Assembly (NCBI RefSeq): GCF_006345805.1
Contig: NC_043015.1
Location: 46,748,001 to 46,812,000 of the forward strand
Reading direction: 5' to 3'
Origin: Octopus sinensis
Taxonomy: Eukaryota
DNA: 64,000 nucleotides
How positions within the stretch are numbered: position 1 is the stretch's first letter; every line of letters starts with the position of its first letter. Shown one piece after another: positions 63,405 to 64,000 of the stretch. Below the pieces are notes generated by a model. The model was not told where the DNA came from, did no database searches, and saw only the letters and a list, made by a program, of their open reading frames with translations. The position numbers and the translations under genes were made by a program.

Positions 63405-64000
63405 TAGTATTATAACCCAATTTCATCCAGGTCTACACAGGCCACATTTTAAAAAGATAAGGAATTTTTCCCTAGAGGCCATGCCTTTCAATTGAGCAAA
63501 CTGAAAGTTGCCATGCAAACTCCCTAGCACTTTTAACATAGGTGTGCAAATTTTCAAGTCAATCCGACCACATTTCCTAACACTTTTGCCTGCATAACTG
63601 CTTGTGAGACAACATCTGCCCTTTTCACAAATATATAGTAGATACATACACACACACACACACACACATAAAATATACATATACATATACACCAAATCCA
63701 CACAGCCCGAGGCTGTAGTAAAAAACACTTGCCCAAGGTGTCACACAGTGGGGCTGAACCCGGAACCATGTGGTTGGGAAGCAAGCTTCTTACTACACAG
63801 CTCCAACTGTTTTTTTCTCTAACACAGTTTCTAGCTAATCTTAATAAGGTTAATTACCTTCTGTTTACTTGATTAGTATGAAATTAAAACTACATGCAAA
63901 TTTATTTACAGTACATTTCTTGTTTAACCCTTTCGTTACTGTATTTATTTTGAGATGCTCTGTGTTTCTTTCAATCAATTTTAAATATAACAAAGAATTT

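Overview
AT-rich, microsatellite-dense animal genomic DNA with one 100-N scaffold gap (48864-48963). The SINE complement looks like Octopus, judged from recall of the families and not from a database search. Most of the window is transposon-derived: three tRNA-headed SINE families (called A, B and C here), a (GAT)n-tailed retroposon with internal tandem arrays (family D), LINE relics (CR1-like, RTE, L1/Tx1), Penelope-like relics, mariner and Tc1 relics, and hAT-, piggyBac- and Helitron-like non-autonomous elements. Almost all ORFs in the supplied track are repeat artefacts. Genes that can be supported: (1) a two-coding-exon + strand gene for a 106-aa protein with a PPxY motif and a hydrophobic glycine-zipper C-terminus (3278-3470 joined to 9506-9633); (2) one well-bounded + strand internal exon (59906-60074) of an unidentified gene; (3) a tentative - strand multi-exon gene between about 28.2 kb and 21.9 kb. 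The most striking signal is a set of short elements, mostly embedded in (TA)n and each with a fold-back (inverted) head. Several carry minimal hammerhead-ribozyme cores with palindromic stem III: one intact at 62316-62358, one near-intact at 38846-38932, and degenerate ones at about 6.7, 24.2, 39.2 and 39.7 kb. This fits several non-autonomous Penelope-like or retrozyme-like families. Other notable structures are two inverted duplications with spacers of about 1.5 kb, a strand-asymmetric miRNA-like hairpin at 50.05-50.14 kb, and a MITE with 8-bp TSDs and telomere-like repeats.
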